Shown piece after piece: positions 33,987-44,366 of a DNA stretch of 64,000 nucleotides. The DNA is from an uncultured Verrucomicrobiae bacterium (GTDB taxonomy: Bacteria; Verrucomicrobiota; Verrucomicrobiia; Chthoniobacterales; UBA10450): NCBI GenBank assembly GCA_963815455.1, contig CAWFGO010000001.1, positions 576,001 through 640,000 of the forward strand. Reading direction: 5' to 3'. The position numbers and the translations under genes were made by a program. Position 1 is the stretch's first letter. Every line of letters begins with the position of its first letter. Below the pieces are notes generated by a model. The model ran no database searches and was not told where the DNA came from. It saw nothing but the letters and a program-made list of their open reading frames with translations.

Positions 33987-35423
33987 ATGTTTATTCGCGC
34001 TTTGATATTTACGGCAATCATTTCCACCGCGGAAATGTCTTACGGACAAACGTCAGCCCCGTCCCCCTCACCCTCCCCGTCGCTCTCTCTAGAGCAACGC
34101 GTCGCCGATCTCGAAGCTTATATAAATAATTCCCAGCGCACGGGCGATGTTTCCAATGTCCCCGGACCCGGGCCAGGTCACAACGCCTGGCTGATGACCT
34201 GCGCTGCGCTGGTGCTGTTCATGACGCTTCCGGGACTCGCTCTGTTTTACGGCGGACTGGTCAGACGAAAAAACGTTCTGTCCGTCCTGGCCCAATGCCT
34301 GGGGATCGCCGGACTGGTGTCGATCCTTTGGTGGGCTGTTGGCTATTCGTTGGTCTTTTCGCACGGTTCGCCCGTGCTCGGTGGCTTGAGCTTCGCGTTT
34401 TTACACGGAGTCAATTCCCAGCCGAATGCCGATTATTCCTACTGGGTGTCGCAAAATGTTTTTGCGATGTACCAGCTCATGTTCGCGATCATCACGCCGG
34501 CGCTGATCATTGGCGCGGTGGCCGAGCGAATGAGATTCACGGCGGTGATCGTCTTTGTCGCCGTCTGGATGTGCGCAATTTACTTTCCCATCGCCCACAT
34601 GGTCTGGGGAATCGATGGCTGGATGAACGGTATCTGGAATCCGGCCGCCAAAATTCACGCGATCGATTTTGCCGGCGGCACCGTCGTGCACATGTCCTCC
34701 GGTTGGTCCGCTCTCGTGCTCTGCATTCTTCTCGGTCACCGGCTCGGTTTTCGTAAGGAAATCATGGCCCCGCACAGCATGGTCCTTTGCATGATCGGCA
34801 CCGGAATGCTTTGGGTCGGCTGGTACGGATTCAACGCCGGCAGCGCGCTGGGCGCGGATGGCAATTGCGGCCAACGCATTCACGACCACAACCCTTGCCA
34901 CCGCGGTCGCGTCGTTTACCTGGGCGTTGTTGGAATATCTCCTGCGCGGCAGACCGAGCGTGCTCGGGTTTTGCTCGGGCGCAGTCGGCGGCCTGGTCGT
35001 GATCACGCCGGCCTGCGGCTTTGTCGATCCCACTGGCGCGGTCATGATTGGCGTAGCCGCAGGCGTCGTTCCGTTTTTTGCCTGCACAAAACTGAAGTCG
35101 TGGTTCCATTACGACGACGCGCTCGATACTTTCGGCATTCACGCCGTCGGCGGAACACTCGGCGCGTTTCTCACCGGCATTTTTGCGACGGCCAGCGTGA
35201 ATCCCAACCTGACGAAGACTGGTCGGCCATTCTCTCTGGCTGGAGCAATTGAAAGCGATTGGCGTTACGATTGGACTGGCGGTTGTCGGTCACCGCCATC
35301 GTCGGATCTCTGGTGAACGTAACACTTGGCTTGCGTATTGCGCCGGATAAGGAGCGGCAGGGCCTCGACATCAATGAGCATGGCGAAGAGGCTTACACCC
35401 GTACTTCCGGCTCGCGGGGTTAG
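33987..35423 (+). CDS. amtB: Ammonium transporter (frameshifted)
   Basis: PGLALFYGG, DFAGGTVVH, WVGWYGFNAGS, DDALDTFGIHAVGG, GLDINEHGEEAY. Confidence 0.95.
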
Positions 35424-35498
35424 CACCGATCTTCACTTCTTCGCCCCGCCGCAACGGGTACAGTTGCGAGATGCAACGGCGGTCGGTGAACCTGTTTC

Positions 35499-37319
35499 AT
35501 GAAAGGATTTTTCCTCACTGCAATATCGGGATTTATTTTCGGGCTGGTTTGCGCCTGCGCGGGCGGGGCCACACCCGAAGAAATCGCCGCCGAATCGAAA
35601 CGCGCCAACGAGTTCTTCGACAAATGCTGGGACGAAACGCTCTCTCGTCATCCGGTGGACGAATCGTTTTATGGCATCAAGACTCACTACGATCAGCTGG
35701 AGGATTTGTCGGATGCCAAAGCGATCGCGGACCATGCGGTGTGGCAAGAGCAGCTGGCCGCTCTGAAGCGCGATTTCAAATTCGATATGCTCGATGCGCA
35801 GGCGCAGCTCAGTTACAAACTCTTCGAGCGCGAAGCGGAGCGCGAGGCAGACGAGTTCCGTTATCGATCCGATGTTTATCCCGTCAGTCAGATGCGGGGC
35901 GTGCACGCGCAGGTTCCCGCGTTCCTGATCAATATCCACAAGATCGACAACGTAAGAGACGCCGAGGCCTACGTGGCGCGACTCAATGCGATTCCGAAAC
36001 TGTTCGACCGAGTCATTGTAAATCTCCGCGACCGGGAGAAGAAAAAAGTGGTCGCGCCGCGCTTCGTGTTTCCTCTCGTTCTCGATGCCTGCCGCAAAGT
36101 GATCCAGGGAGCCCCGTTCGACTCGACCGAGACGCCTAGCCCGTTACTAAACGATTTCGCGAAAAAAGTAAACGCGGTAAAGGAAATCGATGCTACCGCG
36201 CGCCATCGATTGCTCGATGCCGCAACAAAGGCGCTCAAAAGTTCGGTAAAGCCGGCCTACGAAAAATTGATCGCGTTCCTGGAAGATCAGTCGAAGCGCG
36301 CCAATGACGATGCCGGGGTCTGGAAATTCCCGGACGGCGCCGATTATTACAAGACGGCTATGCGTCACACCACCACCACGAACCTGAGCGCCGCGGAAAT
36401 TCACGAGATCGGATTGAAAGAAGTTTCCCGGATCCACGATGAAATGGTCAGGATCAAAGACAAGGTTGGATTCAAAGGTGATCTGCCCGCGTTCTTCAAA
36501 TTCATGCGCGAGGATCGACAATTCCATTTGCCGGACACGGATGAAGGCAGGGCCAAATATCTCGCGCAGGCGACCGATATTATTAGCGCGATGAAAAAGC
36601 GGCTCGACGAATTGTTCGTCACCAAGCCGAAGGCGGACATCGTGGTCAAGGCGGTGGAGAAATTCCGCGAAAAATCTACCGGCAAGGCGTTTTATCAACA
36701 ACCGGCGCCGGATGGATCCCGGCCCGGAACGTTTTACGTGAACTTGAAAGACATGAACGACAGCCCGACCTACTCGCTGGAGTCACTAGCCTACCACGAA
36801 GGGATTCCCGGCCATCACATGCAGATCGCAATCGCGCAGGAGCTGAGCGGGATTCCCAAGTTCCGAAAATTTTCGCACGCTTACACCGCCTACGTCGAGG
36901 GCTGGGGGCTCTACAGCGAGCTCACTCCGAAAGAAATCGGCTTCTATCGGGATCCCTATTCAGATTTTGGCCGGCTTTCGCTGGAACTTTGGAGAGCGGG
37001 CCGCCTCGTTACCGACACCGGATTGCATGCGAAAAAGTGGACACGCGAGCAAGCGATCAAGTATCTGGTCGATAATACTCCCAATACCGAAGCGGACCGC
37101 GTCGATGCAATCAATCGGTACATCGTCATGCCGAGCCAGGCGACCGCTTACAAGATCGGCATGCTAAAGATCTTGGAGCTGCGCGCAAAAGCGAAAAAGG
37201 AATTGGGAAACAAATTCGATATCCGGCAATTTCATGAAGTCGTCCTGACTGGCGGCGCGGTGCCCTTGGATATCCTGGAGAAGCTTGTCGATCGCTGGAT
37301 CAAATCAAAGCAAGGCTAG
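35499..37319 (+). CDS. DUF885-family exported protein
   Basis: YHEGIPGHH, AYVEGWGLYSE, DTGLH, QATAYKIG. Confidence 0.9.
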   Translation: MKGFFLTAISGFIFGLVCACAGGATPEEIAAESKRANEFFDKCWDETLSRHPVDESFYGIKTHYDQLEDLSDAKAIADHAVWQEQLAALKRDFKFDMLDAQAQLSYKLFEREAEREADEFRYRSDVYPVSQMRGVHAQVPAFLINIHKIDNVRDAEAYVARLNAIPKLFDRVIVNLRDREKKKVVAPRFVFPLVLDACRKVIQGAPFDSTETPSPLLNDFAKKVNAVKEIDATARHRLLDAATKALKSSVKPAYEKLIAFLEDQSKRANDDAGVWKFPDGADYYKTAMRHTTTTNLSAAEIHEIGLKEVSRIHDEMVRIKDKVGFKGDLPAFFKFMREDRQFHLPDTDEGRAKYLAQATDIISAMKKRLDELFVTKPKADIVVKAVEKFREKSTGKAFYQQPAPDGSRPGTFYVNLKDMNDSPTYSLESLAYHEGIPGHHMQIAIAQELSGIPKFRKFSHAYTAYVEGWGLYSELTPKEIGFYRDPYSDFGRLSLELWRAGRLVTDTGLHAKKWTREQAIKYLVDNTPNTEADRVDAINRYIVMPSQATAYKIGMLKILELRAKAKKELGNKFDIRQFHEVVLTGGAVPLDILEKLVDRWIKSKQG

Positions 37320-37322
37320 CAG

Positions 37323-37751
37323 ATGAATCACGACGAAGAACACTTACGGCTTTTGTCGATCTTTCACTACGTCGTCGCGGGCTTGGCCGCGCTGTTTTCG
37401 TTGTTCCCGCTTCTGGACTGCGCCATCGGCGGATTCCTGCTTTACGCGGCTCACCACCCGGCGGGATTACAGAACAATCAGGAACCGCCGCCGGCCATCC
37501 TCGGCTGGATTTTTATCGTGATGGGCGCTCTGTTTTTCGTCGCCGGCCTGGCAATGGCGATCTGCATCATGATCGCCGGGCGATCGATCTCGTGCCGAAA
37601 GCGATACTGGTTCGCCTTCGTCGTAGCCTGTGTCGAATGTATTTTTATGCCGTTCGGCACAATTCTGGGCGTGTTCACCCTCATCGTGCTCACGCGCGAA
37701 TCAATCAAGCGGCTTTTTGCCGTAGCCGAGCAATCGAACGCAAGAAGTTAG
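37323..37751 (+). CDS. Hypothetical membrane protein
   Basis: HLRLLSIFHYV, PFGTILGVFTLIVL; 3-4 TM segments. Confidence 0.75.
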   Translation: MNHDEEHLRLLSIFHYVVAGLAALFSLFPLLDCAIGGFLLYAAHHPAGLQNNQEPPPAILGWIFIVMGALFFVAGLAMAICIMIAGRSISCRKRYWFAFVVACVECIFMPFGTILGVFTLIVLTRESIKRLFAVAEQSNARS

Positions 37752-38294
37752 AAGCCGCTGCCGCGCGAGCTACGCGTGGGGGTCCTGAGATTTCGCAGCG
37801 CCTGGCCGCTTACTTTGTCCAGATCATCCGATCTCGCGGTCCCGGAGCCGTCATCGTCAACCTCCACCCAGCGGCCGCCCAAATGACTGCCGGTCTCCGA
37901 CGGAACCCACACGAAATGCTTTGCCTTTTTCCCCTTGGTTACCGCTTTTGCTTCAGCCGCCGTGGACTTAATATCAAAGTCTACACGCGTGGCACCGATT
38001 GAACGCGATTTCACATTGCTGACTGATGTCGGCACCTTATTTACCCATGCCGTGACTTTGTACAGTTCCCACGGCAAGTCCTTCAAATAGGTATCGTCCT
38101 TTTTGATCGGCCTTCACGGTTTTGGCCGCTTGTTTCAAATCGTTTTGCTCGATCCGAATCTCAGCGCCACCAGCAGGTTTCCCATCCGGACCTTTGACCT
38201 CGCCTTGAATGGTGCCGGCCTGAACCCATGCGCCGCCAACCAGAAGAATCAAAAAAGACAAAATAACACCGAAACTGCGTGCACGATTATACAT
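37748..38294 (-). CDS. Exported carboxypeptidase-regulatory-like domain protein (frameshift near 38070)
   Basis: Signal peptide, GTIQGEVKGPDGKP, DQKGRYLFEGL. Confidence 0.65.
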
Positions 38295-38377
38295 AAGTTG
38301 CGGATTTTACCAAAGGAGGCGGGTTAACGCAAAGATTATTGTGCGAATTTGAGAAATGTCCGGCTTCTGATTGGCCG

Positions 38378-38461
38378 TGCCGGCGGAGGGGCTCGAACCC
38401 ACACGATCTTGCGATCACTGGATTTTGAGTCCAGCGCGTCTGCCAGTTCCGCCACGCCGGC
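38378..38461 (-). tRNA. tRNA-Leu(CAA)
   Basis: gccggcgtggcggaactggcagacgcgctggactCAAaatccag...gggttcgagcccc; long variable arm; CCA not encoded. Confidence 0.96.
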
Positions 38462-38499
38462 GGGCGGGAAAATTGAAGCTACGAAGATGCGACCGAACC

Positions 38500-39150
38500 T
38501 CAAGCGCTTCCGATTACATCGAACGCCTGCAAACCGCGCGGCGCATTAAAGATTTCGCGGAGCACGACCATTTGCCGCAACCCTTGAGGCGACGCCAGCA
38601 GTGAGGCGATGTCGATGCTTGTATCGGTTGACGAAGCAGGTCCCTCAATCGCGGGTACTGAAATGTCCGAAGGCTTTTCCAATGAGTCGCTCTCGGACGA
38701 ACCAACTGCCGTCGGCCCGACCTCCGCGCGATAAGCGATCGCTGGCTCGACAGTTGTTTTGACGGGCGGCGAGACCGTTTGATTGCGTGGTCTGTCGCTG
38801 GCTGGTTTCCGAATTTTACCGGACAGGCGCCGGGGCGGAACTCCAGAGAACATTCCCGGGGGCGGCTGAACTGGTGCGATGGGTCGCGGCGGGATATCGC
38901 TGCGAGGAGCGACCGGCGCCGGCGGTCTGGACGATGTCGGCTGCCCGAGCGCCTCCAAAAAACGTCGAATCCGTTCTTCGTCGGTGTTCGCAGGCGGGCG
39001 TTCAGGCGGTTGATTTGTCGGCAAGGCAGATCTCGATCCTGCGTCTGTCTCGTTCGACTTCTTATTCGTTTTGTTTGCCGCTTTCGTCAGCAACTGGAAC
39101 AGGCCGGCGACCGCGATGAGCAGAATAAACAGCAGTTGATCGATATGCAT
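38500..39150 (-). CDS. Pro-rich membrane-anchored protein resembling the usual floA neighbour (YqfB-like)
   Basis: N-terminal TM segment, EERIRRFLEALG, C-terminal LRQMVVLREIFNAPRGL. Confidence 0.6.
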   Translation of the reverse strand: MHIDQLLFILLIAVAGLFQLLTKAANKTNKKSNETDAGSRSALPTNQPPERPPANTDEERIRRFLEALGQPTSSRPPAPVAPRSDIPPRPIAPVQPPPGMFSGVPPRRLSGKIRKPASDRPRNQTVSPPVKTTVEPAIAYRAEVGPTAVGSSESDSLEKPSDISVPAIEGPASSTDTSIDIASLLASPQGLRQMVVLREIFNAPRGLQAFDVIGSA

Positions 39151-39161
39151 AGCAGAGGCGC

Positions 39162-39680
39162 TCACTCCCATTTTTCCCTGATCAGGGCCGATGGATTAGC
39201 ATACTCGGCAAACTGTTGACCATTCTGATAAATGCGAACCCAGAGGCCCACCAGAGTATCCTCGGCCTTTCTTCGGGCACCATTGTCAAACTCCCACTCC
39301 GAGGCCAACTGCGACTTATTCAATTCCACGGCGCTGGTGGTGAGAATTTTCTTCTCGCGTGGCTTGAGCAGCTCGAACGACGCGTTCCCGGCCAGGCGTT
39401 GCAGTTTCGCCGCCGCCTTGTCGCCCAATTTTTCACGATTGAAAAAGATGATGTACTTCACCTCGACGCCGGCAAGGTCCTTGAATGTTTTGTTTTCAAT
39501 CGTCACATCGTAAGCCCAGCGCTCTTTCGACTTGTTTACGTGCCCGCGCACGCTGGCCTTGCCGATCGCGTCCATCTGCTTCGGACTACAATGGATTTCC
39601 ATGTCGATGTTTCCGGCTCGCAGCAGGCCGATCAATGCCAGAGCCCCGAGTGGGATTAGAATCTTTCTAATCGATCTCAT
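39162..39680 (-). CDS. Exported hypothetical protein
   Basis: Signal peptide; intact 172-aa ORF. Confidence 0.65.
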   Translation of the reverse strand: MRSIRKILIPLGALALIGLLRAGNIDMEIHCSPKQMDAIGKASVRGHVNKSKERWAYDVTIENKTFKDLAGVEVKYIIFFNREKLGDKAAAKLQRLAGNASFELLKPREKKILTTSAVELNKSQLASEWEFDNGARRKAEDTLVGLWVRIYQNGQQFAEYANPSALIREKWE

Positions 39681-39818
39681 GAATTCCTCCGCTTCCGCCA
39701 GTATTACTTCATCCTAACCGATCCTGCCAAGATCACTTTTCAAGCATCCGGAAAAAGCGATATCCGACCTGCTGTTCGGTGCTTGATATAAACCAAGCCA
39801 CAAAGCTACGCTCAGCTC

Positions 39819-40832
39819 ATGGATTCGCTCTATCTGGCCGGCGTCGCGGTCCTCGCCGTCATCGCTTTGGTTCTCACGATCGTTGTATCGAAATATTTTA
39901 TGACATGGCTCCGGGCTCGGGTCGCCAACGCCCCGGTCAGTATCGGGAAAATGATCGGGATGAGCCTGCGCCGCGTGCCAGTGGGAATGATTGTCGATAA
40001 TCGCATTACCGCCGTGAAAGCGGGGCTGGAAATTCCGAGCGATCCATTGGAAGCGCATTATCTCGCGGGCGGCGACGTGCAGCACGTGATCCTGGCTCTG
40101 ATCGCCGCCGACAAGGCCGGCATCGCGCTCGAGTTCAATCGCGCTTGCGCCATCGATTTGGCCACCAAAGGCACCGGCAAGACCGTCCTCGAAGCGGTGC
40201 GCACCAGCATCAATCCGAAAGTGATCGATGCGCCCAGCCCAAACATGGGGCGGACGACAATCGACGGCGTGGCCCAGGATGGCATCGGCGTTAAGGTGAA
40301 AGCCCGCGTAACGGTGCGCTCGCATCTCGATCGATTTGTCGGCGGCGCGACGGAAGAAACGATTATTGCCCGGGTCGGGGAAGGAATTGTGAGCGCGATC
40401 GGCTCGGCCCATTCCTACAAAGAGGTCCTGGAAAATCCGGATCGCATTTCCAAAATGGTTTTGGCCAAGGGCCTCGACAGCAACACCGCCTTCGAAATCC
40501 TTTCCATCGACATTGCTGATGTCGATGTGGGCGACAATATCGGCGCGAAATTGCAGACCGAGCAGGCCGATGCCGACAAGCGCGTGGCCCAGGCAAAAGC
40601 GGAAGTGCGCCGCGCAGCGGCCGTGGCAGTCGAACAGGAAATGAGGGCGAGAACACAGGAGATGCGCGCCAAGGTGGTCGAGGCCGAAGCGCTGGTACCT
40701 CAGGCAATGGCAGATGCCTTTCGCTCGGGCAATCTCGGCGTGATGGATTACGTCCGGATGAAAAATGTCCAGGCCGACACGTCGATGCGGGAATCCATCG
40801 CCGGTGGGGATAAACCCACGAAGGGAACCTAG
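39819..40832 (+). CDS. floA: Flotillin-like protein FloA (YqfA)
   Basis: [47 protein letters not shown]. Confidence 0.95.
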   Translation: MDSLYLAGVAVLAVIALVLTIVVSKYFMTWLRARVANAPVSIGKMIGMSLRRVPVGMIVDNRITAVKAGLEIPSDPLEAHYLAGGDVQHVILALIAADKAGIALEFNRACAIDLATKGTGKTVLEAVRTSINPKVIDAPSPNMGRTTIDGVAQDGIGVKVKARVTVRSHLDRFVGGATEETIIARVGEGIVSAIGSAHSYKEVLENPDRISKMVLAKGLDSNTAFEILSIDIADVDVGDNIGAKLQTEQADADKRVAQAKAEVRRAAAVAVEQEMRARTQEMRAKVVEAEALVPQAMADAFRSGNLGVMDYVRMKNVQADTSMRESIAGGDKPTKGT

Positions 40833-40838
40833 TCACGC

Positions 40839-41303
40839 TCAGCGTCCGGAGATTCTTGGATCGAATCGGTATTCGATGGCCGGCCCGATTTTGATTTTCT
40901 TGAAGTCCGGGTGGTTGGGATTCAGCAGAAAATTCAGTTCGCTGGTGCTGAGCAAACTTGGAACCGCGAGCACGAGCGAACGCATTTGTTCGAGCCATTC
41001 ATCGCCCATTCTACGGGTAGCTGGGATCGGCGGCCGGGCGTTCCAGCCGGCAGGAAGCTTGTTCGCAGAAAGATATTCAGTCAGCTCATCGGGCCATTCG
41101 ACCTGGAATGCGAAATAGTGGTCTGTTGGCAATAGTGGGTGGGTATGGGCGAAAATTTCAAGGGCCGCAAGCGATTCGTGCTGGCTCAAATACACCACCG
41201 GCTTGCCGCGCGAATTCCACCGGCCCGGAGCAAAACGGCTACCTTCTCCGGTGAATGCGCTGGAAACACGCGCTGCGCGAACGATTCGCCACGCCGAAGC
41301 CAT
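40839..41303 (-). CDS. RES-domain toxin
   Basis: AFTGEGS...PGRWNSRG..VVY, ALE, VPS, NFLLNPNH. Confidence 0.92.
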   Translation of the reverse strand: MASAWRIVRAARVSSAFTGEGSRFAPGRWNSRGKPVVYLSQHESLAALEIFAHTHPLLPTDHYFAFQVEWPDELTEYLSANKLPAGWNARPPIPATRRMGDEWLEQMRSLVLAVPSLLSTSELNFLLNPNHPDFKKIKIGPAIEYRFDPRISGR

Positions 41304-41305
41304 TA

Positions 41306-41574
41306 GAACCTATCTCCAAACCCTGAGGGGTTCCGTTGCTGACCGATTTTCTTGCTGGCCAAGGAGTGAGGAGGGAAAATATCCGCAGGGATCTGTGACC
41401 GACGAACAACGAAGGCCAGCGAGAAAAGCGGCGCAACCGGAAAGGCGAGAGTATTTTGAAATGTTCGGCGGTGCTTTTTCCCTATGGCAATCAAAGCTTT
41501 CGCTCCTGGCTCGTGCCTTGTAGTCCAGTCCAAAACAACTCTCGCGGAACCCATCAGAGTTTTGAGACAGGTTC
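41306..41574. mobile_element. 269-bp MITE with 30-bp TIRs and TTA target-site duplication
   Basis: TIRs 26/30 identical; TTA at 41303-41305 and 41575-41577; no credible ORF. Confidence 0.88.
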
Positions 41575-42045
41575 TTAGGAATAGACACTGTAATCAATCC
41601 GACCGAGCAGATCTTCAACTTCTCGCGCGCCGAGCTCCGTTCTTGCAAACTCTAGCGGAACAGCGCCACCCAGTCCGAACTGCGGAAACTTGAGCCACTG
41701 TCGCGCGCGATCCACGGTCCCGAAAAGGTTCGTAGCGTATTCGACGATCCTCGAGAACCGCATTACACGCTCAGATTCTTCCGGAGAAAGACGGCGCTCC
41801 GCTTTTCGACGTTGCAATGTCGATCTGGAAATGGAGAGGTGGCGGGCCAGGGCTTCCATGGGTTCGTCAAGTTCGCTCCGCAAATGCTCCAGCTCACTAA
41901 ACGGCAATCCCTTGTTAATGCGCTCGATGAGTTTGGCCGGATGCAGATTCCTTTTCGATAGCGGAGTTTTCGATCCGTACGCCGTCACCGCTTGTTCCCG
42001 AACAACACTGCTGCGCGCATAGCGCCGCTTTGCTCGCTTGCCCAT
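41575..42045 (-). CDS. Xre/MbcA/ParS-type antitoxin
   Basis: GLP..., ISRSTLQRRK, LSPEESER, ARQWLKFPQFGLGGAVPL, GAREVEDLLGRIDY. Confidence 0.92.
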   Translation of the reverse strand: MGKRAKRRYARSSVVREQAVTAYGSKTPLSKRNLHPAKLIERINKGLPFSELEHLRSELDEPMEALARHLSISRSTLQRRKAERRLSPEESERVMRFSRIVEYATNLFGTVDRARQWLKFPQFGLGGAVPLEFARTELGAREVEDLLGRIDYSVYS

Positions 42046-42050
42046 GTGAG

Positions 42051-42080
42051 CATTTTGAATGATTCAAATGGGCCAGTCAA
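42051..42080 (-). promoter_or_regulatory. Putative xre-res promoter with overlapping palindromic operator
   Basis: TTGACT-17-CAAAAT on the minus strand overlapping tttgaat-g-attcaaa. Confidence 0.55.
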
Positions 42081-42109
42081 GTCTTGACCTCTGACTTCTG
42101 ACCTATTTC

Positions 42110-42262
42110 TAACTCGCGCGCTGGCCGGTGCGAAATCAGCAGCCGCCTTTCACATCGAAAGTTTCGGAAAAGAAGCGTTTCGTCACCGAGTCTTCGCTGA
42201 CCATTTTCCGGCCAGATTTCCTCGAGCCATACCGGAACAGTTGAACCCCCTGCCCTCTGCTC
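42110..42262 (-). ncRNA. Candidate structured RNA, family not identified
   Basis: Nested stems ggctcg/cgagtt, ctggccgg/ccggccag, ggtcagc/gctgatt enclosing two hairpins. Confidence 0.4.
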
Positions 42263-42353
42263 GTTTGCAGTCGCCAATCGCCAATCCGCAGTCTAAAATC
42301 TGACCTCTGACTTCTGATTGAGCTTTGAGCGCGTTCTCGTATCTTTTTTGCAC

Positions 42354-42596
42354 ATGAGCACTGCGCGCGAGATTGAAGAGGCGATCCGTTCTCTTCCGGC
42401 ATCTGAACGCGATAAATTGTTGCATCACCTTCCGGGTCTGTTTCCAGAACTCGCCGGAGATGCAGAATGGGAACGCATTATCAAGGACGAGCGTCCGCGG
42501 CCCGCCCTGAGTCGAGTCCTCGACGAAGCAGAAAGCGCGTTTGGGCGTAATCCTGACTCATTTCCAAAGATGACGGATCAGGATCTCCTTGCGTGA
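42354..42596 (+). CDS. Putative antitoxin
   Basis: MSTAREIEEAIRSLP...DAEWERII; GTGA overlap with a RelE-like gene. Confidence 0.75.
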   Translation: MSTAREIEEAIRSLPASERDKLLHHLPGLFPELAGDAEWERIIKDERPRPALSRVLDEAESAFGRNPDSFPKMTDQDLLA

Positions 42597-42859
42597 CCTC
42601 GCGCGGCGCCGAGGAATTTTGGAGACTTTACCGCGGGTTGCCGTCAGAAGCTCGGACTGCGGCGCGCAAGGCATACCTGATATTTTCCCAGAATCCATCC
42701 CATCCAGGGTTGCGATTGGAGCGGCTGAAATCCGATCCGCGCGCGTGGTCGGTGCGAATCACGCGCGACTACCGGGCCGTTGCACTGCGCGTCGATGACG
42801 ATTGGATATGGTTATGGATTGGCACACACAAAGAGTTCGATCGCAGGTTCCCGGTCTAA
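42593..42859 (+). CDS. RelE/ParE-superfamily toxin
   Basis: FWRLYRGLP, NPSHPGL, WSVRITRDYRA, WIGTHKEFD. Confidence 0.85.
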   Translation: MTSRGAEEFWRLYRGLPSEARTAARKAYLIFSQNPSHPGLRLERLKSDPRAWSVRITRDYRAVALRVDDDWIWLWIGTHKEFDRRFPV

Positions 42860-42922
42860 TCGACTCCGAATCTCTTTAGGCTTAGAATCGGCAATCGAAA
42901 ATCGCAGATCGAAAATCTCATT

Positions 42923-42994
42923 GTCCCCGTAGTTCAACGGATAGAACAAGGGTTTCCTAAACCTTAGATGTGGGTTCGATTCCCGCCGGGGACG
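42923..42994 (+). tRNA. tRNA-Arg(CCT)
   Basis: gtccccgtagttcaacggatagaacaagggtttCCTaaacct...gggttcgattcccgccggggacg. Confidence 0.96.
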
Positions 42995-43064
42995 CTTCAA
43001 ACGTTCTCGTTGCATGAGACATTTCGGCGACGCTCCAAGCGCGGACTTCGACTGATTCGGCTTC

Positions 43065-43083
43065 ATTCCCGCCGGGGACGCCA
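43065..43083 (+). repeat. Direct repeat of the tRNA-Arg 3' end (att-like)
   Basis: attcccgccggggacgc identical to 42979-42995; this copy ends in CCA. Confidence 0.8.
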
Positions 43084-43209
43084 GAACTGTTCCCGCCTAG
43101 TTTTTTTGGCTACCCCTTCTTTGGGCGATGCCAAAAAGGGGTTGACTGTTCGCGTCTGGAGCGGACTTTCCGAGATTATTCGTAAGCTATTTGTTTGGCC
43201 AAGGCGTCG

Positions 43210-44070
43210 ATGAGTGTCGCAATAGTAATCTCCGTCCATGACGGTCTCGTAATCGCCGCTGATAGCGCGTCTACGTTAACGATCAGTACGCCAGCTGGTG
43301 TCGGTGTTGCGAACGTCTACAACAACGCGAACAAAATATTCAATTTGATAAAAGGCTCGTCCATAGGCTGCGTAACGTTTGGCAGCGGAAGTATTGGAAA
43401 TGCGTCTATCGGTACGCTGATCAAAGATTTCCGCGAGATCCTAAGCGATGAGGTTGAGGCAAAAAAACAGCTGGGCTTTGAGCGGAAAAAATACACGATG
43501 GAGCAAGTCTCTAAACTCTTATCCGATTTTCTGGGTAAAGAGTGCGACAAGATCAAAGACACCAATCTACGTCAGACAATCAGCCTGGGGTTAATAGTTG
43601 GGGGATATTCAACTGGAGAAAACTTGGGCGAAGTGTGGTCGATAAAGATTGAAAAAGGCCTCGCCGGAGATCCGAAGAAGTTGCGGCAGGCTGATCAAGT
43701 GGGGATCAATTGGGGGGGCGAATCGGAGGCGATCAGCAGGCTTGTTTTGGGCTTCAGTCCGCGCGTCTTTGATGTGCTGGCACAAGTCATGAAGCCGCCA
43801 CAGCCGCCAGCGGACCTAATGGCAAAATTGCATCCCCTTCTCATAGCGCAGCTGAATGCGCCGTTAGTTTTCGCCCCCATGCCGGTACAAGACGCGATCG
43901 AACTCGGCGAGTTTCTTGTCAATTCGGCAATAATGTTTAGTCGGTTTCTCCCGGGCGCTCAAAGTGTTGGTGGGCCGATAGAAGTTGCCGTCATCACAAA
44001 GCATGAGGGATTTAAGTGGATACGGAGAAAATACTATTATAAAAGAGATATTAATCCCGAAGTCGCCTAA
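43210..44070 (+). CDS. Ntn-hydrolase / proteasome-beta-like protein
   Basis: MS...DGLVIAADS...NKIF, LIVGGY, VGGPIEVAVIT; low GC. Confidence 0.6.
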   Translation: MSVAIVISVHDGLVIAADSASTLTISTPAGVGVANVYNNANKIFNLIKGSSIGCVTFGSGSIGNASIGTLIKDFREILSDEVEAKKQLGFERKKYTMEQVSKLLSDFLGKECDKIKDTNLRQTISLGLIVGGYSTGENLGEVWSIKIEKGLAGDPKKLRQADQVGINWGGESEAISRLVLGFSPRVFDVLAQVMKPPQPPADLMAKLHPLLIAQLNAPLVFAPMPVQDAIELGEFLVNSAIMFSRFLPGAQSVGGPIEVAVITKHEGFKWIRRKYYYKRDINPEVA

Positions 44071-44073
44071 CAT

Positions 44074-44349
44074 ATGTTCGCAATCGACATGTTCACAATT
44101 GATGAGGTAAAAGTTAAGAATCTGATGGACGCTGAGCCGGTTGAATATGGCGTTGCCGATAAGGCTTTGGAATTCCGGATTCCAAGCACGACCGTGTACA
44201 GCGTTGACTTCACTCCAGCAACGAATGCGATCGACGCGGAAAAATACATTTCAGACTTGCGCGAGCGAGTCATCGCGTCTGGCATAGCATTGAAGTCGCC
44301 GCAGGAGCTTGATCGCGAAATCGGCGAGATGCGACGGCGCGGGTTCTAA
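44074..44349 (+). CDS. Small protein, putative antitoxin
   Basis: Directly precedes a PIN gene; C-terminal ELDREIGEMR. Confidence 0.5.
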   Translation: MFAIDMFTIDEVKVKNLMDAEPVEYGVADKALEFRIPSTTVYSVDFTPATNAIDAEKYISDLRERVIASGIALKSPQELDREIGEMRRRGF

Positions 44350-44366
44350 GGTGTCCAAGCGTCTCG

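Noticed and set aside
41310..41648. ORFs within the MITE as a third TA component or transposase
   Set aside because: Short, no recognisable motifs, and they cross the element boundaries.
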